NCBI RefSeq assembly: GCF_044324875.1
Contig: NZ_CP172185.1
DNA length: 64,000 nt
Reading direction: 5' to 3' (one strand)
Source: Escherichia coli
GTDB taxonomy: Bacteria > Pseudomonadota > Gammaproteobacteria > Enterobacterales > Enterobacteriaceae
This document shows, in pieces, positions 33,136-44,901 of the stretch. A model generated the notes under the pieces. The model had not been told where the DNA came from, did no database searches, and worked only from the letters and a program-made list of their open reading frames with translations. The position numbers and the translations under genes are program-made. Position 1 is the first letter of the stretch. Every line of letters starts with the position of its first letter.

Positions 33136-34692
33136 ATGGAATTCTTAATGGACCCCTCAATTTGGGCGGGGCTACTCACGCTTGTTGTTCTCGAAATTGT
33201 GCTGGGTATCGATAACCTGGTCTTCATCGCCATTCTTGCTGACAAACTGCCGCCAAAACAACGCGATAAAGCGCGTTTGCTGGGATTATCACTGGCGCTG
33301 ATTATGCGTCTGGGGCTGCTGTCGCTGATTTCATGGATGGTCACGCTGACCAAACCGCTATTTACCGTCATGGATTTCTCCTTCTCCGGACGCGACCTGA
33401 TTATGTTGTTCGGGGGGATATTCTTGCTGTTCAAAGCAACAACCGAACTGCATGAACGGCTGGAAAACCGCGATCATGATTCCGGCCACGGTAAAGGCTA
33501 CGCCAGTTTCTGGGTGGTCGTCACACAGATTGTCATCCTTGACGCCGTCTTCTCATTGGATGCGGTAATTACGGCAGTAGGGATGGTTAACCATCTGCCA
33601 GTGATGATGGCGGCGGTAGTGATTGCGATGGCGGTTATGCTGCTGGCATCGAAACCGCTGACGCGATTTGTTAACCAGCATCCCACGGTGGTGGTGCTCT
33701 GTCTGAGCTTCCTGTTAATGATAGGTCTGAGTCTGGTGGCAGAAGGTTTCGGTTTCCACATTCCGAAAGGTTACCTGTATGCCGCGATTGGCTTCTCGAT
33801 CATCATCGAAGTGTTTAACCAGATTGCGCGTCGCAACTTTATTCGTCACCAGTCGACTTTGCCGCTGCGAGCGCGTACTGCCGATGCCATCCTGCGTTTG
33901 ATGGGCGGGAAACGTCAGGCCAATGTTCAGCACGATGCCGATAACCCGATGCCGATGCCGATCCCGGAAGGTGCGTTTGCCGAAGAAGAACGTTACATGA
34001 TTAACGGCGTACTCACGCTGGCGTCGCGTTCTCTGCGCGGGATCATGACGCCGCGCGGTGAAATAAGCTGGGTTGACGCTAATCTCGGGGTCGATGAAAT
34101 CCGCGAGCAGCTGCTCTCCTCACCGCACAGCCTGTTCCCGGTATGTCGCGGTGAACTGGATGAAATCATCGGAATCGTACGTGCTAAAGAACTGCTGGTG
34201 GCGCTGGAAGAGGGCGTTGATGTGGCGGCGATTGCTTCGGCGTCTCCGGCGATTATCGTCCCTGAAACCCTCGATCCGATCAACCTGCTGGGCGTGCTGC
34301 GTCGTGCTCGCGGGAGCTTTGTTATCGTGACCAACGAGTTTGGTGTGGTACAAGGCTTGGTCACGCCGCTGGATGTGCTGGAAGCCATTGCGGGTGAATT
34401 CCCGGACGCTGACGAAACGCCGGAAATCATTACTGATGGTGACGGCTGGCTGGTAAAAGGCGGTACAGATTTGCATGCCTTGCAGCAGGCGCTTGATGTT
34501 GAGCACCTTGCCGATGACGATGATATCGCGACGGTCGCGGGCCTCGTGATCTCGGCAAATGGTCACATTCCCCGTGTGGGCGATGTGATTGATGTAGGGC
34601 CACTGCATATCACCATCATTGAAGCCAATGATTATCGTGTTGATCTGGTTCGCATTGTTAAAGAGCAACCGGTGCACGATGAAGATGAGTAA
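33136..34692 (+). CDS. yoaE: TerC-family membrane protein with C-terminal CBS/CorC domains
   Basis: 518 aa; N-terminal TerC-like TM domain and C-terminal CBS pair plus CorC-type domain. Confidence 0.9.
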
Positions 34693-34695
34693 GCG

Positions 34696-36294
34696 TTAAC
34701 GTAACGGCATAATGGGTGTGATATGTCCATTATGCCGGGCGGGCGGCGGTTGGCTGCCCGCCAGCCATTTGGGAAAATCACATAGTGGCATCGGCTGTGC
34801 GTACAAATACCCTTGCAAAATATGGACGCCATGACGGCGCAAATATTTCGCCTGTTCTTGCGTTTCCACACCCTCCGCCACCAGTTCAATATTCAGTCTT
34901 TGCCCCAGTGCGATGATGATATCGGTCACCGTCGAGTTAACCGCGTCAGAACCTATAGCTGCGGTAAATGACTTATCAATTTTCAGCACGTCAGGACGTA
35001 ATGTTTCAAGCCAGGAAAACGAGCTGTTGCCGGTGCCGAAGTCATCAATCGCCAGTTTGACGTTTTTACGATGCAGCTCGCGGGCAATCCGATAATCAAC
35101 ATCCAGTAAGGCATCGCGTTCGGTGATTTCGAGGATCAGTTGCTGAATCGGGTGAGCGCTAAACCAGTACTGATTGAGATCTTTTATCAGCACACCACGG
35201 CGAAAATGGCTGGGTGCGACGTTAATGCCAACATGAAACTGACTACTCATTGGGAAAACATGCCGCTGACGGATGGTTTCTGCCATCACATAGCGGGTCA
35301 GTGGCACAATTAAATGATGTTCTTCCGCGATAGGAATAAACACATCCGGTGAAATCCAGCCCTGACGTGGATTGTTCCAGCGCAGCAAAATCTCTACACC
35401 AATACATTGCTGGCTGCGCGCATTAAGCAAAGGCTGGCAGAACAATTCGAACTCATGTTGCGCCAGGCCCAGATTGATCTCGCGGGAAAAGCTCATTCGG
35501 TAAGCGGTCGCCAGCCAGGCGATGTAGCCCACCAGTAAACTTAGCAGTACCGCCAGCGGTAATTGTGTTGGAAGATAGTGCCATGCCAGCGCCGTAGCCC
35601 CCGGGCCATTAACGTTAATGGTAAAAGGAAAGCGTTGCGAAGAAACCTGATAGTTTTCATTGTTTTCAGGTTGCGGAAGGGAATCTACCAGCCCATTACC
35701 ATAGAGCAAATGCCGACTGTCCACCGTCAGGCTGGCGCTACTGATTTGCGGCAGTTGTGGCTCAAGCAGCATTGCCGTCAGTAAGTCGATGTTAATCATC
35801 TCCATGACCCCAGCATTGCTACTGCTCGCTGCAGGCGTCCATTGAATCAAAACCGGACTGCCTTTAATCAGGACACGGTCGATCGTCAGGCGTAAAAGTG
35901 GTTGCGGTGCAGGAAGTTCAGCCAGAATGTCCACGACGGGCACATTGCGATAACCAAAAATGCTGGAGCAATAAAGTGTGCCGTCTTGCACCAGGCCAAT
36001 GGATCGCACAGTTTGGAGTTTTGCCGCCTGTTTACGTAATGGCAAATGGGCGACAGAGCAGGGCAGACCAATCAGCGGAAGCAAGACTTCGCTACCTGCC
36101 TGTAGGGGAAGCAGTACTTTATCTAATTCCTCTACAGCGTGATTAGCGAATTGTACTACCCGTTGTTGATTTAAGTTACGCTGTGAAATAAATCGCACGC
36201 TCAGGGTCGAAGCGAGCGTAACGAGTGCGCAAATCGTACAAACAATCATTCGATTACGGCGATAGGTTTTAATGATCCGTTGTGCTTTTTGCAT
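34696..36294 (-). CDS. pdeD: c-di-GMP phosphodiesterase (CSS periplasmic domain + EAL)
   Basis: About 532 aa from MQKAQRIIKTYRRNRMIV; EAL domain motifs at the C-terminus; the track starts 10 codons upstream. Confidence 0.85.
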   Translation of the reverse strand: MQKAQRIIKTYRRNRMIVCTICALVTLASTLSVRFISQRNLNQQRVVQFANHAVEELDKVLLPLQAGSEVLLPLIGLPCSVAHLPLRKQAAKLQTVRSIGLVQDGTLYCSSIFGYRNVPVVDILAELPAPQPLLRLTIDRVLIKGSPVLIQWTPAASSSNAGVMEMINIDLLTAMLLEPQLPQISSASLTVDSRHLLYGNGLVDSLPQPENNENYQVSSQRFPFTINVNGPGATALAWHYLPTQLPLAVLLSLLVGYIAWLATAYRMSFSREINLGLAQHEFELFCQPLLNARSQQCIGVEILLRWNNPRQGWISPDVFIPIAEEHHLIVPLTRYVMAETIRQRHVFPMSSQFHVGINVAPSHFRRGVLIKDLNQYWFSAHPIQQLILEITERDALLDVDYRIARELHRKNVKLAIDDFGTGNSSFSWLETLRPDVLKIDKSFTAAIGSDAVNSTVTDIIIALGQRLNIELVAEGVETQEQAKYLRRHGVHILQGYLYAQPMPLCDFPKWLAGSQPPPARHNGHITPIMPLR

Positions 36295-36424
36295 GCGGGC
36301 CACCCTGTAAGCGTATGGCGACAAACGCCTGACGCAACAGTGGAAGTGTAGTGGGGAAAATTACAGCAGACGAGAAAGCGGGGATAAATTCGCCCATCCG
36401 TTGCAGATGGGCGAGTAAGAAGTA

Positions 36425-37789
36425 TTAGTCACACTGGACTTTGATTGCCAGACCACCGCGTGAGGTTTCGCGGTATTTGGCGTTCATGTCCTTACCGGTT
36501 TCGTACATCGTTTCGATGACCTTATCCAGCGAGACGCGCGGTGCACTGGTGCGGCGCAGAGCCATCCGTGCGGCGTTAATCGCCTTCACAGAGGCAATGG
36601 CATTACGCTCAATGCACGGCACCTGAACCTGCCCTGCAACCGGGTCGCAGGTTAAACCAAGGTTGTGTTCCATGCCAATTTCCGCCGCCACGCAAACCTG
36701 TTCCGGGCTACCGCCCAGCAGTTCTGCAAGACCCGCAGCAGCCATTGAACAGGCAACACCCACTTCGCCCTGGCAACCAACTTCCGCACCGGAAATAGAG
36801 GCGTTCATTTTATACAATGCACCAATCGCGCCCGCTGCCATAACGTAACGGGTATAGATGTCCGGGCTGACCGATTCAATAAAGTGGTCATAGTAAGCCA
36901 GCACTGCCGGAACGATACCGCAGGCACCGTTGGTTGGCGCAGTTACCACACGACCACCGGCGGCGTTTTCTTCGTTAACTGCCAGCGCAAACATGTTTAC
37001 CCAGTCAATGACATTCATCGGATCGTTAGACAGTTTATCGCTGGAAACCAGCATCCGGCGCAGGGCAGACGCACGACGTGGCACGCGCAGCGGGCCTGGC
37101 AGTACACCTTCGGTGTTCATCCCGCGATCGATACATGCCTGCATGGTTTGCCAGACATGAGCGAAATACTCGTCGATCTCTTTCTTGCTGTGCAGCGCCA
37201 GTTCGTTCTGCATGGCGAGACCAGACAGCGAATAGCCGGTTTCATTACAGTACGCGAGCAGTTCGGTGGCAGATTTGAACGGATACGGCACGCTCACTTC
37301 GTTGGCGGCATCCTGACCAAAGTGTTCTTCATCGACGATAAAACCGCCGCCGATGGAATAATAAGTTTTGCTGTAGACGACTTCATCGCCATTATAGGCG
37401 TGGATTTGCATACCGTTTTCATGCAGCGGCAGGTTGCCGTTATGAAAACGCATCCCGTTGTCGCGCGGGAAATCCACTTCATGCCGTCCCTGTGCCAGCA
37501 GCAGACGTTCGCGCTCTTCTACGTCGCGAATAAAACCGGGAATACTGTCGATATCCACGGTGGCAGGTTCGTTACCTGCAAGACCCATAATAATGGCGAT
37601 ATCGGTGTGGTGGCCTTTACCCGTCAGCGACAGTGAACCATAAACGTCCACGGCAACGCGAGTAACGCTATCCAGTAAGCCTTTTTCGACCAGATCATCG
37701 ACGAACTGTTTACCCGCCTTCATAGGCCCTACGGTATGGGAAGATGAGGGACCAATCCCCACCTTAAACATGTCGAATAGACTAATCAC
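36425..37789 (-). CDS. sdaA: L-serine dehydratase 1 (Fe-S)
   Basis: 454 aa beginning [26 protein letters not shown]. Confidence 0.93.
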   Translation of the reverse strand: MISLFDMFKVGIGPSSSHTVGPMKAGKQFVDDLVEKGLLDSVTRVAVDVYGSLSLTGKGHHTDIAIIMGLAGNEPATVDIDSIPGFIRDVEERERLLLAQGRHEVDFPRDNGMRFHNGNLPLHENGMQIHAYNGDEVVYSKTYYSIGGGFIVDEEHFGQDAANEVSVPYPFKSATELLAYCNETGYSLSGLAMQNELALHSKKEIDEYFAHVWQTMQACIDRGMNTEGVLPGPLRVPRRASALRRMLVSSDKLSNDPMNVIDWVNMFALAVNEENAAGGRVVTAPTNGACGIVPAVLAYYDHFIESVSPDIYTRYVMAAGAIGALYKMNASISGAEVGCQGEVGVACSMAAAGLAELLGGSPEQVCVAAEIGMEHNLGLTCDPVAGQVQVPCIERNAIASVKAINAARMALRRTSAPRVSLDKVIETMYETGKDMNAKYRETSRGGLAIKVQCD

Positions 37790-37972
37790 GATAATACTCC
37801 TGACAAGGTGACTGGACTTCCAGTAACGAACTAATAACAGCGCATAGTGTAAGAGGGAACGCGGCGACTGGCTTAACTATTCACATGAATTAAACTAATC
37901 AAAAACCGCGATTTAACTAATATTGCGATGATTGTCTCAAGTAGTGTTTTGTAGATGTAAAGATAAGTATAG

Positions 37973-38551
37973 TCAGGGTTTCACACCAATTTGCAGCGCC
38001 AGCTCACGAATTATGCCTGCGGTCATTCCCCATACAAAATACTGTTCGTACCAGGACAGCCATACCCGATGTGAATCGCCACGGCGGTAGATATCTAAAG
38101 GGTGATAACGACCCAGATGTAATGCCTGGGCGAGCGGCATTTCAAACACCGCCGAGACTTCATCTTCACTGGCGCGATACGGCAGATCGGGCGGGATAAT
38201 GCCGACCACTGGGGTTACCTGGTAGCCAGTTACGCTATCGACGGGCGGCAGCACGCCGATAACTTCAACGGCGGAAGGCGGTATAGCGACCTCTTCTTCA
38301 GCTTCGCGCAGCGCGGCGGCGATAACTGATGCATCCGTGTCATCGACTGCGCCTCCAGGGAATGCCACTTGTCCAGCGTGTTTACGCAGATGAATTGAAC
38401 GCTGAGTCAGCAACAACCCCGGTTGCGGTCGACGGACGATGGGGATTAACACGGCAGCCTGACGATGATTTAGGGTTTCCCGGTTAATTTGCGGGCGCAA
38501 AAGTTGAAAGCGCGATAAAAAATCATCAAGCGTCAGGCTACGGTATTCCAC
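37973..38551 (-). CDS. nudL: Nudix CoA pyrophosphohydrolase
   Basis: 192 aa; Nudix box [26 protein letters not shown]. Confidence 0.85.
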
Positions 38552-38554
38552 GTA

Positions 38555-39916
38555 TTACTTCTCCAGTTGGCGTAATATCTTATTAACTTTATCAAAAGTT
38601 TCCTGATATTCCGCTTCTTCCTGGCTATCGGCGACAATTCCACCGCCCGCAGAGCAGTATATTTGTCCGTTAATGGCAGTCAGAGTGCGGATAGTAATGC
38701 TGGTATCCATGTTGCCGCAAAAGCTCAAATAGCCAATGCTGCCGCACCAGGCATTGCGTCGCTGCGGTTCCAGTTCGTCGATAATTTCCATAGCCCGTAC
38801 TTTCGGAGCCCCGGTTATTGAGCCACCAGGAAAAGCTGCGCGCAGCAGATCGCTGGTGTGTAACTGTTCTGGTAGCCGCGCCGTTATGGTGCTGACCAGA
38901 TGATGCACGGCAGGGAAAGGTTCGACCACGAACAGCTCTGGTACTTTTACCGAACCGGCTACGGCAACGCGACCGATATCATTACGCATTAAATCGACAA
39001 TCATCAGATTTTCAGCGCGATCTTTGGGGGAGTTCGCCAGTTTCTCTGCTTGTTTGCTATCTTCCTGAGGATCGGGCAGGCGTGGTAGCGTGCCTTTAAT
39101 CGGGCGGGTCTGGATTTCACTATTATCACAAAGGATAAACCGCTCTGGCGAAAGGCTTAAAATCGCGCCCTGTTCAAGGCGTAAAAAAGCGCTAAACGGC
39201 GCGCGGTTGGCCTGATTAAGCTGAAGGAATGCCTGCCATTCATCGCCAGAATAGGCCGCTTGAAAACGCTGGGCGAGATTCACCTGATAGCAATCACCAC
39301 TGTGCAGATATTCCTGTACCTGGCGAAATTTTTCGCCGTACTGCTCGCGGGTCATATTGGATTGCCAGTCGGAAGTGAGCGCGAAATCTTCCTGAGGGGA
39401 GAATTGCTGGCTTTCCAGCCAGGCCAGACGGGTATTGACATCATTATGACTCAGCAAAGAAACTGTTTGACGCTGGTGGTCAACAACCAGCGCCCAGTCG
39501 TAGATACCCACTGCCATATCAGGCAGAACGATATCTTGCTGCGCAATTTCTGGCAGTGACTCAAAACGGCGGCCCAGATCGTAGCCAAACAACCCCAGTG
39601 CGCCGCCCTGAAATGGCAAATCTTCGTTATGCGTTGGGCGAATGTCTGCGCGATCCAGCACCTGCTGGAGCACCTGTAGCGGGTCATCAGTGGTCGTTGT
39701 GCGTTTTTCGCTTTCACTAACAACGGTTTCTTTACCGAAAGTGGTTAAAGTGCAAATCGGCTCGGCGACCACAATATCAAAGCGGCTATATGGATGATCG
39801 GCATAGCCGGAGTGTAAAAGCATCGCCCACGGCAGGTGGCTTAAGCGGGAGAAATAAAATTCAGCGGCGTCCTGACGCCAGGGTAAAGTAATCACAGCGG
39901 GAGATAACGTCTTCAT
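38555..39916 (-). CDS. pabB: Aminodeoxychorismate synthase component I
   Basis: 453 aa; chorismate-binding family protein. Confidence 0.92.
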   Translation of the reverse strand: MKTLSPAVITLPWRQDAAEFYFSRLSHLPWAMLLHSGYADHPYSRFDIVVAEPICTLTTFGKETVVSESEKRTTTTDDPLQVLQQVLDRADIRPTHNEDLPFQGGALGLFGYDLGRRFESLPEIAQQDIVLPDMAVGIYDWALVVDHQRQTVSLLSHNDVNTRLAWLESQQFSPQEDFALTSDWQSNMTREQYGEKFRQVQEYLHSGDCYQVNLAQRFQAAYSGDEWQAFLQLNQANRAPFSAFLRLEQGAILSLSPERFILCDNSEIQTRPIKGTLPRLPDPQEDSKQAEKLANSPKDRAENLMIVDLMRNDIGRVAVAGSVKVPELFVVEPFPAVHHLVSTITARLPEQLHTSDLLRAAFPGGSITGAPKVRAMEIIDELEPQRRNAWCGSIGYLSFCGNMDTSITIRTLTAINGQIYCSAGGGIVADSQEEAEYQETFDKVNKILRQLEK

Positions 39917-39989
39917 CAGTCCTGACTCTACTGGCTATGTGCCGGGTAGCATGAAATAATTAGCGCCAACAATTTAGCAGGAGTTAACA

Positions 39990-40169
39990 ATGTTTGCAGG
40001 TTTACCTTCACTCACCCATGAACAGCAGCAAAAAGCCGTCGAGCGGATCCAGGAACTGATGGCACAAGGGATGAGCAGCGGCCAGGCAATCGCGTTGGTG
40101 GCAGAAGAGCTGCGTGCCAACCATTCCGGCGAGCGAATCGTGGCGCGTTTTGAGGATGAAGACGAGTAA
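39990..40169 (+). CDS. yoaH: UPF0181 small protein YoaH (59 aa; below ORF-track cutoff)
   Basis: ATG at 39990 preceded by GGAG; translation [59 protein letters not shown]. Confidence 0.7.
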
Positions 40170-40221
40170 CACACTAACCCGTATCGCTTTCGTTATACAA
40201 GCCGATGGTTATTTGATTGTG

Positions 40222-40260
40222 AGAAAAAGGACGCTTTTCATATGTGATTAAAAGCGTCCT
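40222..40260. terminator. Hairpin between convergent yoaH and yoaC; likely bidirectional terminator
   Basis: aggacgctttt-catatgtgatt-aaaagcgtcct. Confidence 0.45.
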
Positions 40261-40288
40261 GACCCATTTATGCTGATGTAAATTTTAC

Positions 40289-40588
40289 TCAGACCAGTGC
40301 TTTTAGTTCTTCCTGCATATATGTTGAAAAGTATTCAGGATTTTTAATCACAGAGCGTTCACCAGACTCCATTTTTTTTGCCCATCCAACCATTTTTTCC
40401 GTGAATCCAGGGTTCCAGCCTTCCTGGTCAGCTCGCGCCGTAATATCAGCGGCACTCGCGGGTACTCCCAGTTCTTTTAAATATTTAAAGATTCCCTTCG
40501 CCGTGCTTTCATTCATCGAACTTGGTGTTGGCGCTGATACATCCATGGCACCAATGAAATCCAGGGCTTTATCTATTACAGCAGGCAT
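40289..40588 (-). CDS. yoaC: DUF1889 protein YoaC
   Basis: 99 aa from MPAVIDKALDFIGAMDVSAPTP; the ORF track extends 20 codons upstream. Confidence 0.75.
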   Translation of the reverse strand: MPAVIDKALDFIGAMDVSAPTPSSMNESTAKGIFKYLKELGVPASAADITARADQEGWNPGFTEKMVGWAKKMESGERSVIKNPEYFSTYMQEELKALV

Positions 40589-41009
40589 ATTCTTATCCTT
40601 AAATTTAACCATGTTATCGATAAGGCTATATATGACCTTAATTTGCATCTAATATCAAAGGGATTATAACGATATGGCACGAGTTAACCTGTTGACATTC
40701 AGGTGTTTTAAAGGTAGCAGCTCATGGTGTGTTATCCAGTAAGAGGGAGAAAATTAACGGTCAGTCCGCACGCTATAACCAGATTGTTCAGCTAAGAAAG
40801 AAAACCAGAGTTGCTAATCAAAGGGCGAACACAACGGCATGGTTATGTTTATTTATATAGCTAGTTTTATAGATGAAATTGAAATTATAAAAATAAATAA
40901 TGAATTAGCAGGAGCATCAACAGTAATAACTTAATCTCTGGTCGATTTATGTAAAACCGACCAGTATTATCGATAAATTATCGTCTGACTTATTTTGCTT
41001 CGATAAAGC

Positions 41010-41354
41010 TTACACCGCAGCCACAATCTTAATTTCAACTTTATACTTCGGGTTCATCAAACCCGCTTGTACCGTGCAGCGCACCGGCGCATGACCCGCG
41101 ACAACCCAGGCATCCCACGCTTTATTCATCGCCGCGAAGTCGTTTTTATCGGCCAGGAAAATGGTGGCATCCAGAATGCTCGATTTATTGCTGCCCTGTT
41201 TTTCCAGCACGGCGTCAATCTGCGCCAGCGTGTTGGCAGTTTGCTCGAAAGCATCGGCGTCGAGGTTTTCCGGTACACCAGTGTAGTAGAGCGTGTTGTT
41301 GTGGATCACCACATCAGACCAGCGGGCTTCAGCATCGATACGAACGATAGTCAT
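41010..41354 (-). CDS. yoaB: RidA/YjgF-family protein YoaB
   Basis: 114 aa from MTIVRIDAEARWSDVVIHNNTLYYTGV. Confidence 0.8.
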   Translation of the reverse strand: MTIVRIDAEARWSDVVIHNNTLYYTGVPENLDADAFEQTANTLAQIDAVLEKQGSNKSSILDATIFLADKNDFAAMNKAWDAWVVAGHAPVRCTVQAGLMNPKYKVEIKIVAAV

Positions 41355-41459
41355 CATTTTGTCCTCATTATACTTCCATTTTCGTGCTGCAAAGACTGCC
41401 ACAATGTGAGGTCGCCGTCATCACTTCAACTGGCGAAAGCGCCCTCATCCTGACATAAT

Positions 41460-41479
41460 CCCTGTTCAAATCAACAGGG
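41460..41479. promoter_or_regulatory. Candidate LexA box immediately upstream of yoaA
   Basis: CCCTGTTCAAATCAACAGGG contains CTGT-N8-ACAG; yoaA (DinG-like helicase) is an SOS gene. Confidence 0.5.
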
Positions 41480-41485
41480 GGTAGT

Positions 41486-43396
41486 GTGACGGACGATTTT
41501 GCACCAGACGGTCAGCTGGCGAAAGCGATACCAGGCTTTAAGCCGCGAGAACCACAGCGACAGATGGCGGTAGCCGTCACCCAGGCGATAGAAAAAGGCC
41601 AGCCGCTGGTGGTGGAAGCCGGAACCGGTACGGGCAAAACCTACGCTTACCTGGCCCCTGCGCTGCGGGCGAAAAAGAAAGTTATTATCTCGACCGGTTC
41701 AAAAGCGTTGCAGGATCAGCTCTACAGCCGCGATTTGCCAACAGTCTCAAAGGCATTGAAATATACGGGCAACGTGGCGCTGCTGAAAGGGCGCTCAAAC
41801 TACCTCTGCCTCGAGCGTCTCGAACAGCAGGCGCTGGCGGGGGGCGATCTGCCGGTACAAATCTTAAGCGATGTGATCCTGCTGCGCTCCTGGTCTAATC
41901 AAACAGTCGATGGTGATATCAGCACCTGCGTCAGCGTGGCGGAAGATTCACAGGCGTGGCCGCTGGTCACCAGCACCAACGACAACTGTCTTGGCAGCGA
42001 CTGCCCGATGTATAAAGATTGCTTTGTGGTCAAAGCACGCAAAAAAGCGATGGACGCCGATGTGGTGGTGGTAAACCATCATCTCTTTCTGGCGGATATG
42101 GTGGTGAAAGAGAGTGGATTTGGCGAACTGATCCCGGAAGCTGACGTGATGATCTTCGACGAAGCCCACCAACTGCCCGACATTGCCAGCCAGTATTTTG
42201 GTCAGTCACTCTCCAGTCGACAACTGCTCGACCTGGCAAAAGACATCACCATCGCCTATCGCACCGAATTAAAAGATACTCAGCAGTTACAAAAGTGCGC
42301 CGACCGCCTTGCCCAGAGCGCGCAGGATTTTCGTCTGCAACTCGGTGAGCCTGGTTATCGTGGCAACCTGCGCGAACTGTTAGCTAATCCGCAAATTCAA
42401 CGGGCGTTTTTACTGCTCGATGACACCCTGGAACTTTGTTATGACGTGGCGAAACTGTCGCTGGGGCGTTCCGCCTTGCTGGATGCGGCATTTGAGCGCG
42501 CCACGTTGTATCGTACGCGGCTGAAACGGCTAAAAGAGATCAATCAGCCGGGCTACAGCTACTGGTACGAATGCACTTCGCGCCATTTTACTCTGGCACT
42601 CACGCCGCTCAGCGTGGCGGATAAATTCAAAGAGTTAATGGCGCAAAAGCCAGGTAGCTGGATTTTTACCTCGGCAACGCTGTCGGTGAATGACGATCTG
42701 CATCATTTCACCTCGCGGCTTGGCATTGAACAGGCAGAGTCGTTGCTGTTACCCAGCCCGTTTGATTACAGCCGCCAGGCGTTACTCTGTGTGCCGCGCA
42801 ACCTGCCGCAAACCAATCAACCGGGCTCCGCAAGGCAACTGGCGGCAATGTTGCGACCGATCATCGAGGCTAACAACGGTCGTTGTTTTATGCTTTGTAC
42901 CTCGCACGCCATGATGCGCGATCTGGCCGAGCAGTTCCGCGCTACCATGACGCTTCCCGTTTTGTTGCAGGGAGAAACCAGCAAAGGGCAACTGTTGCAG
43001 CAATTTGTCAGCGCCGGTAACGCGCTTCTTGTGGCAACCAGTAGTTTCTGGGAGGGGGTGGACGTGCGTGGCGATACATTGTCATTGGTGATTATCGACA
43101 AGTTGCCGTTTACCTCACCGGATGATCCACTATTAAAAGCGCGCATGGAAGATTGCCGTTTGCGTGGTGGTGACCCGTTCGATGAAGTACAGCTGCCGGA
43201 TGCGGTGATTACTCTCAAGCAGGGAGTAGGGCGACTGATTCGCGACGCCGACGATCGCGGCGTGCTGGTGATTTGCGATAATCGGCTGGTGATGCGCCCT
43301 TACGGCGCGACGTTTCTCGCCAGTCTGCCGCCAGCGCCGCGCACCCGTGACATTGCCCGTGCGGTTCGTTTCCTTGCGATACCATCCTCCAGGTAA
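41486..43396 (+). CDS. yoaA: DinG-family ATP-dependent helicase YoaA
   Basis: 636 aa from a GTG start; Walker A AGTGTGKT, DEAH box (DEAH) and Fe-S Cys cluster. Confidence 0.9.
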   Translation: MTDDFAPDGQLAKAIPGFKPREPQRQMAVAVTQAIEKGQPLVVEAGTGTGKTYAYLAPALRAKKKVIISTGSKALQDQLYSRDLPTVSKALKYTGNVALLKGRSNYLCLERLEQQALAGGDLPVQILSDVILLRSWSNQTVDGDISTCVSVAEDSQAWPLVTSTNDNCLGSDCPMYKDCFVVKARKKAMDADVVVVNHHLFLADMVVKESGFGELIPEADVMIFDEAHQLPDIASQYFGQSLSSRQLLDLAKDITIAYRTELKDTQQLQKCADRLAQSAQDFRLQLGEPGYRGNLRELLANPQIQRAFLLLDDTLELCYDVAKLSLGRSALLDAAFERATLYRTRLKRLKEINQPGYSYWYECTSRHFTLALTPLSVADKFKELMAQKPGSWIFTSATLSVNDDLHHFTSRLGIEQAESLLLPSPFDYSRQALLCVPRNLPQTNQPGSARQLAAMLRPIIEANNGRCFMLCTSHAMMRDLAEQFRATMTLPVLLQGETSKGQLLQQFVSAGNALLVATSSFWEGVDVRGDTLSLVIIDKLPFTSPDDPLLKARMEDCRLRGGDPFDEVQLPDAVITLKQGVGRLIRDADDRGVLVICDNRLVMRPYGATFLASLPPAPRTRDIARAVRFLAIPSSR

Positions 43397-43453
43397 TTTG
43401 TTACGGAGTATGGTATGATGCGCGCCTTTTTATTGATCTAAGCACGAAGACCC

Positions 43454-44149
43454 ATGCGAATTCTGGCTATCGATACCGCGACAGAGGCCTGCTCTGTCGC
43501 CCTGTGGAACGACGGTACTGTCAACGCTCATTTTGAGCTTTGCCCTCGTGAACATACTCAACGAATCTTACCGATGGTGCAGGATATCCTGACCACCAGC
43601 GGAACTTCCCTGACTGATATTAACGCTCTGGCTTACGGGCGCGGCCCTGGTAGCTTTACCGGCGTGCGCATTGGTATTGGTATTGCGCAGGGGCTGGCGC
43701 TTGGCGCGGATCTGCCGATGATTGGCGTTTCCACGCTCATGACCATGGCGCAAGGGGCGTGGCGCAAAAACGGCGTAACCCGCGTGCTGGCAGCCATTGA
43801 CGCGCGAATGGGGGAAGTTTACTGGGCCGAATATCAGCGCGATGAAAACGGCGTCTGGCACGGCGAAGAAACAGAAGCCGTACTGAAACCAGAACTCGTT
43901 CATGAACGGTTGCAACAGCTTTCCGGCGAATGGGTAACCGTGGGTACGGGCTGGCAAGCCTGGCCGGATCTCGGTAAAGAGAGCGGGTTGGCCCTGCGCG
44001 ATGGCGATGTGTTACTGCCTGCCGCCGAAGATATGCTGCCGATTGCCTGCCAGATGTTTGCCGAGGGAAAAACCGTCGCGGTAGAACATGCCGAACCGGT
44101 TTATTTACGTAACAACGTCGCGTGGAAGAAACTTCCTGGCAAAGAATGA
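43454..44149 (+). CDS. tsaB: tRNA t6A37 threonylcarbamoyladenosine biosynthesis protein TsaB
   Basis: 231 aa beginning [18 protein letters not shown]. Confidence 0.9.
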   Translation: MRILAIDTATEACSVALWNDGTVNAHFELCPREHTQRILPMVQDILTTSGTSLTDINALAYGRGPGSFTGVRIGIGIAQGLALGADLPMIGVSTLMTMAQGAWRKNGVTRVLAAIDARMGEVYWAEYQRDENGVWHGEETEAVLKPELVHERLQQLSGEWVTVGTGWQAWPDLGKESGLALRDGDVLLPAAEDMLPIACQMFAEGKTVAVEHAEPVYLRNNVAWKKLPGKE

Positions 44150-44187
44150 ATCTTAAGAGTATGCCCTGAGAAAAAAGGAGTCGCATC

Positions 44188-44769
44188 ATGGCGGTTCAAA
44201 AGAATGTTATCAAAGGCATACTGGCAGGTACGTTTGCGCTAATGCTGAGCGGTTGTGTTACTGTGCCGGACGCCATTAAAGGCAGCAGTCCCACGCCGCA
44301 ACAAGATTTAGTTCGGGTGATGAGTGCGCCGCAGCTGTACGTTGGTCAGGAGGCTCGCTTTGGTGGCAAAGTGGTTGCGGTACAAAACCAGCAAGGGAAA
44401 ACCCGCCTGGAAATTGCCACCGTACCACTGGACAGCGGAGCCAGACCGACGCTGGGAGAACCTTCTCGCGGTCGCATTTATGCTGATGTGAACGGTTTTC
44501 TGGACCCGGTAGATTTCCGTGGACAACTGGTTACGGTAGTCGGGCCAATCACCGGTGCGATTGACGGCAAAATCGGCAACACGCCCTATAAATTTATGGT
44601 GATGCAGGTAACGGGTTACAAACGTTGGCATTTAACCCAGCAGGTGATTATGCCGCCTCAGCCGATTGATCCATGGTTTTATGGCGGTCGTGGCTGGCCC
44701 TATGGCTACGGCGGATGGGGCTGGTATAATCCCGGCCCCGCGAGAGTACAAACAGTTGTAACTGAATAA
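44188..44769 (+). CDS. yeaY: Slp-family outer membrane lipoprotein YeaY
   Basis: 193 aa; lipobox LSGC. Confidence 0.8.
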   Translation: MAVQKNVIKGILAGTFALMLSGCVTVPDAIKGSSPTPQQDLVRVMSAPQLYVGQEARFGGKVVAVQNQQGKTRLEIATVPLDSGARPTLGEPSRGRIYADVNGFLDPVDFRGQLVTVVGPITGAIDGKIGNTPYKFMVMQVTGYKRWHLTQQVIMPPQPIDPWFYGGRGWPYGYGGWGWYNPGPARVQTVVTE

Positions 44770-44798
44770 TTGCTTGTTTTTAAAGAAAAAGAAACAGC

Positions 44799-44815
44799 GG
44801 CTGGTCCGCTGTTTC
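44799..44815. promoter_or_regulatory. Candidate distal FadR operator of fadD (overlaps the yeaY terminator hairpin)
   Basis: ggCTGGTCCGCTGTTtc resembles the FadR consensus AnCTGGTCnGACCnGTT; also sits within hairpin aaacagcgg-ctggtc-cgctgttt. Confidence 0.4.
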
Positions 44816-44884
44816 TGCATTCTTACGGTAAAGATAAAAATAAATAGTGACGCGCTTCGCAACCTTTTCGTTGGGTAATTATCA

Positions 44885-44901
44885 AGCTGGTATGATGAGT
44901 T
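44885..44901. promoter_or_regulatory. Candidate proximal FadR operator of fadD
   Basis: AGCTGGTATGATGAGTT; about 86 bp from the distal site, matching the spacing I recall for the two fadD FadR sites. Confidence 0.45.

Noticed and set aside
33993-34677. Minus-strand ORFs of 145 and 185 aa
   Set aside because: Antisense within yoaE; Ser/Arg-rich shadow frames.
36884-37636. 250 aa plus-strand ORF
   Set aside because: Antisense within sdaA.
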